Part shown: piece after piece, positions 60,992-64,000 of the stretch
Layout: the number at the start of each line of letters is the position of its first letter
Position numbering within the stretch: the stretch's first letter is position 1
Origin: Nitrospirota bacterium
GTDB taxonomy: Bacteria; Nitrospirota; Thermodesulfovibrionia; Thermodesulfovibrionales; Dissulfurispiraceae
Assembly: GCA_963790025.1 (NCBI GenBank)
Contig: CAWBMP010000002.1
Location: 640,001 to 704,000, forward strand
DNA: 64,000 nt
Reading direction: 5' to 3'
Translations under genes and position numbers: made by a program
The notes under the pieces: generated by a model
Told to the model about the DNA's origin: nothing
What the model saw: only the letters and a program-made list of their open reading frames with translations
Database searches by the model: none

Positions 60992-61618
60992 ATGGCAAAC
61001 ATCGAGCCCTTTGAAAAACATGCAGAGCAGTATGAGGCATGGTTTGAAAGGAAAGGATTCCTATGAGTCTGAACTCCGGGGAGTGAAGATGATAATGCCC
61101 GAGAGCATAACGGTATAGAGATAGGCGCAGGGAGCGGAAGGTTTGCCGCTCCACTTGGTATCAAGTTTGGCGTTGAACCATCAGCAGCTATGCGCGCACT
61201 TGTCCGGCAAAGGGGGATCGATATGATCGACGGTGTCGCAGAATACCTACCTTTCTCCAACTACCGATTAGATTTCGCCATTATGGTAACAACCATCTGT
61301 TTTGTGGCCAATGCAGAGATGTCCATCAAAGAGGCTTACCGGGTATTGAAGACCGGAAGGCATCTGATAATAGGGCTTATCGACAAAGAAAGTCTTCTCG
61401 GCAAGTTGTATCGGATGAACAAGGACAAATGCGTATTTTACAAAGCTGCTAAGTTCTATTCTGTCGGGGAACTCCTTACCCTTCTTGGGCAGGCAGAGTT
61501 TAAAGACTTTCGTTTCACCCAGACGATCTTTCATTATCTTTCAGAGATAAAAGAAACCGAGCCGATGAGGGAAGGTCACGGCGAAGGCTCATTTGTCTTT
61601 ATAGGAGCGGTAAAATGA
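60992..61618 (+). pseudogene. Class I SAM methyltransferase, interrupted near the 5' end
   Basis: MANIEPFEKHAEQYEAWF..* then GIEIGAGSGRFA..GVEPS in the downstream reading frame. Confidence 0.75.
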
Positions 61619-61640
61619 TCTTTCCTTCCGCGAATATCAT

Positions 61641-62875
61641 ATGAAGCACAGAGAAGACAGAATGAGAGACGCATCTGCTGATGAAGGCAAGAAGGTGGCG
61701 ATCATGTCTTTCAGGCTTAATATCTTACGCACAGCAGTAAAATTTCTCCTCTACATTTTCACCGGCATTCCTTCTCATTTAGAGAGGCTATACAGTCCCT
61801 GATGCCGTGCACGGAAGGCGCCCCGTCAGGCGGGATTTACTTTTCTGAGAAGAAACCGGAAAAGTTCCCCTGGGGCCTGTACAAAGTCGAGAGCATCGCG
61901 GCAGCGCTTTCATCAGGATTGATCTTCTTTGCCGCCTTTGGGATAGCAAAGATGATAGCCAAACCGGTAGCCAGTCTTGCGAACCTTGATATCGGCCTAT
62001 CTGCTGTTTTTTTGATGGTCCTTCCCGATCTGTTTTTCTATAAATATGAATCAAAGACCGCAAAAACCATGAATTCTCCAGCTCTGATGGCTGATGCAGA
62101 AAACTGGAAGATGGACACGGCATCCCTGATTGTTTTAGGATTTAGGGATAATAGGCGCGAAGTTTTCATATCAGGCTATGGAAACGATAGCGGCCATAGT
62201 TGTTTTTATAGCCGTCGTAAAGTCGGGATACGGAATTCTCCGGAATTTCATGAAGAGTCTTCTGAAGCATCAGTTGAAAAGGGAACGCTTAAAAAGATAG
62301 AAGAAATTATCAGAGGGTTCCCGGTGGTTAGGGATATAGCTGAGGTGAACGCGAGAAATTCCGGCAGGTATATATTCGTAAGTGCCATCCTCGGGCTCTC
62401 CGTAAAAAGATTAAAGGATGCCCATGAGATAGCGGACAATATAGAAAGAAAGATAAGAGAAAACATCTCTTTTGTGGAAAGGGTGATTATCCATTATGAG
62501 CCTGAGAAGAAGGACTACACACGACATGCCGTGCCCCTTGCCGACCGGGACGGCTCCGTCTCGGAGCATTTCAGCAGTGCACCGTTTATCGCCTTATGGG
62601 ATCAGGGGCCGGATGGAGCAATTCTATCACAAGATGTAATTGAAAACCCCTTCCGAAGTCAGGAAAAGAGAAAAGGGATAAGTCTCGCGGCTTTCCTCGC
62701 GGAAAAGGACATTGATATTCTCTATATAAAGAAGTCCTTTGAAGGCAAGGGGCCGGAATATGTACTTGCCGATGCCGGTATTGAGGTAAGAAGAGTCGAT
62801 AGAGAGAGCCTAACTAAACTGATGAAAATAGATGACAGTAAAAATAACTCCAGCCTTGTTACCGGTGAGGTATGA
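61641..62875 (+). pseudogene. Cation diffusion facilitator with C-terminal NifB/NifX domain, multiple frameshifts
   Basis: FPWGLYKVE, SPALMADA, AHEIADNIE and HFSSAPF pieces; TM segments broken across frames. Confidence 0.75.
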
Positions 62876-62946
62876 GAAGGGACAGCAACACGAAAACAGG
62901 AGTTTTTTTGAAGCCTATGGAAACTCACAATAGAGCTGGAGGATAA

Positions 62947-63989
62947 ATGAAAAAACAGCGGGTTTATGACATTATTGTAAACAATCTGCCTGCGGGCTTT
63001 TCAACGGTTGAAAAGGATGGACTCAGCGTCGACTTCAATCATGCGGCAGAAAAAATAAGCGGCTACTCAAAAACGGAGGTGATGGGTAAGTCCCATCTGG
63101 ATATCCTACACGGCACACCAGATAGGAATGCCTGTCCTTTGTTTAACTATTCACTGTCGAAACGCAAGGAAGCCATTGAAGCAGAGGCTACATTAAAAAG
63201 AAAAGACGGCGCTCCTGTTCTCCTGTCAGTCACAACTGCCCCGCATTATGTACGCCAAGGAAAACCTCATGGCGGCTGAGCCCCTCCCGGATAACCGAAT
63301 CCAAACGGCTGGAAAGAGAGCGAAAGGACAACTTTTACATGCTCGCCCGCGAAGACGTGACAACATGAAATTTTCCGACGCCGTGCAAGACGGCCCATCA
63401 CGGAGAAACAGCAAGATTACCTTGAAATAATGAGTGATGAACTTGACAAATTATTAGACCTGATAACAGATTTTCTCGAATATTCCCGGTTTGAGGCAAA
63501 GGCGTATAAGCCGGTTCGGCCCGTTCAATATAGAAACCGCTATATACAAAAATATCGAGACCGTCAGAATTGAGGCAGATACCAGGGATGTGCACTATCT
63601 TTTGAACATCAAAAGATCCCTCCATGCTCGATGCCGATGAAATGATGATAAACCGTGTAATACGATATCTTCTCGTAAATGCAATAAGGTATACCAATCC
63701 AGGGGGGACAATAACTATCACACTTTCGGAGGGGGTTCACGATGTCTTTTTTGAGGTCACCGATACAGGTATTGGTATTGCAGCAGAACATCTCCCTTAT
63801 ATATTTGACGCGTTTTATCGAATAAACAGAGATTCAAAGGGCTCAGGACTTGGACTGTCCTTTGCAAAAGTAATAGTGGATGCGCATGGAGGCAGGATAT
63901 GGGCCAAAAGCTCACCCGGCAATGGGAGCACTTTCAGCTTCACCTTGCCCAAAATATTAGAAGACAGGACTTCACTTCAGGAAAGATAA
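62947..63989 (+). pseudogene. PAS-domain sensor histidine kinase, frameshifted
   Basis: PAS (FNHAAEKISGY), HisKA helix ITEKQQDYLEIM..FLEYSR and HATPase (DTGIGI, GSGLGL) lie in different frames. Confidence 0.8.
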
Positions 63990-64000
63990 TATCCGGCTCA

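Overview
Bacterial chromosomal window, most likely Nitrospirota/Thermodesulfovibrionia-like (inferred from gene content and order, not verified). 1-13.3 kb: a minus-strand surface-polysaccharide locus led by an RfaH/NusG paralogue, with an ops site, a cytidylyltransferase-radical SAM fusion, a damaged MazEF module and two four-helix-bundle (IVS/Avd-like) genes. 13.4-31.5 kb and 35.2-59.5 kb: housekeeping genes (trpEGD, rmuC, nrdJ, tgt, tRNA-Leu, nth, rpsT, holA, mnmA, mnmE, trxB, yidC-yidD-rpmH with no rnpA, accBC, efp, coaBC, rpoZ, gmk and others). 31.6-35.1 kb: an AT-rich array in which inverted-repeat-flanked RAYT/Y1 transposase copies alternate with small cargo genes or fragments, with junctions marked by a CGTCCCATTT motif. 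60.1-64 kb: a run of frameshifted pseudogenes. The two best candidates for undescribed systems are (i) the RAYT cassette array and (ii) four-helix-bundle genes enclosed by inverted short-tandem-repeat arms. Gene-less pairs of such arms are scattered through the window, including in-frame inside trpE, tgt, mnmA, manC and the phosphomannomutase gene. All calls were made by eye from the sequence; no searches were run.
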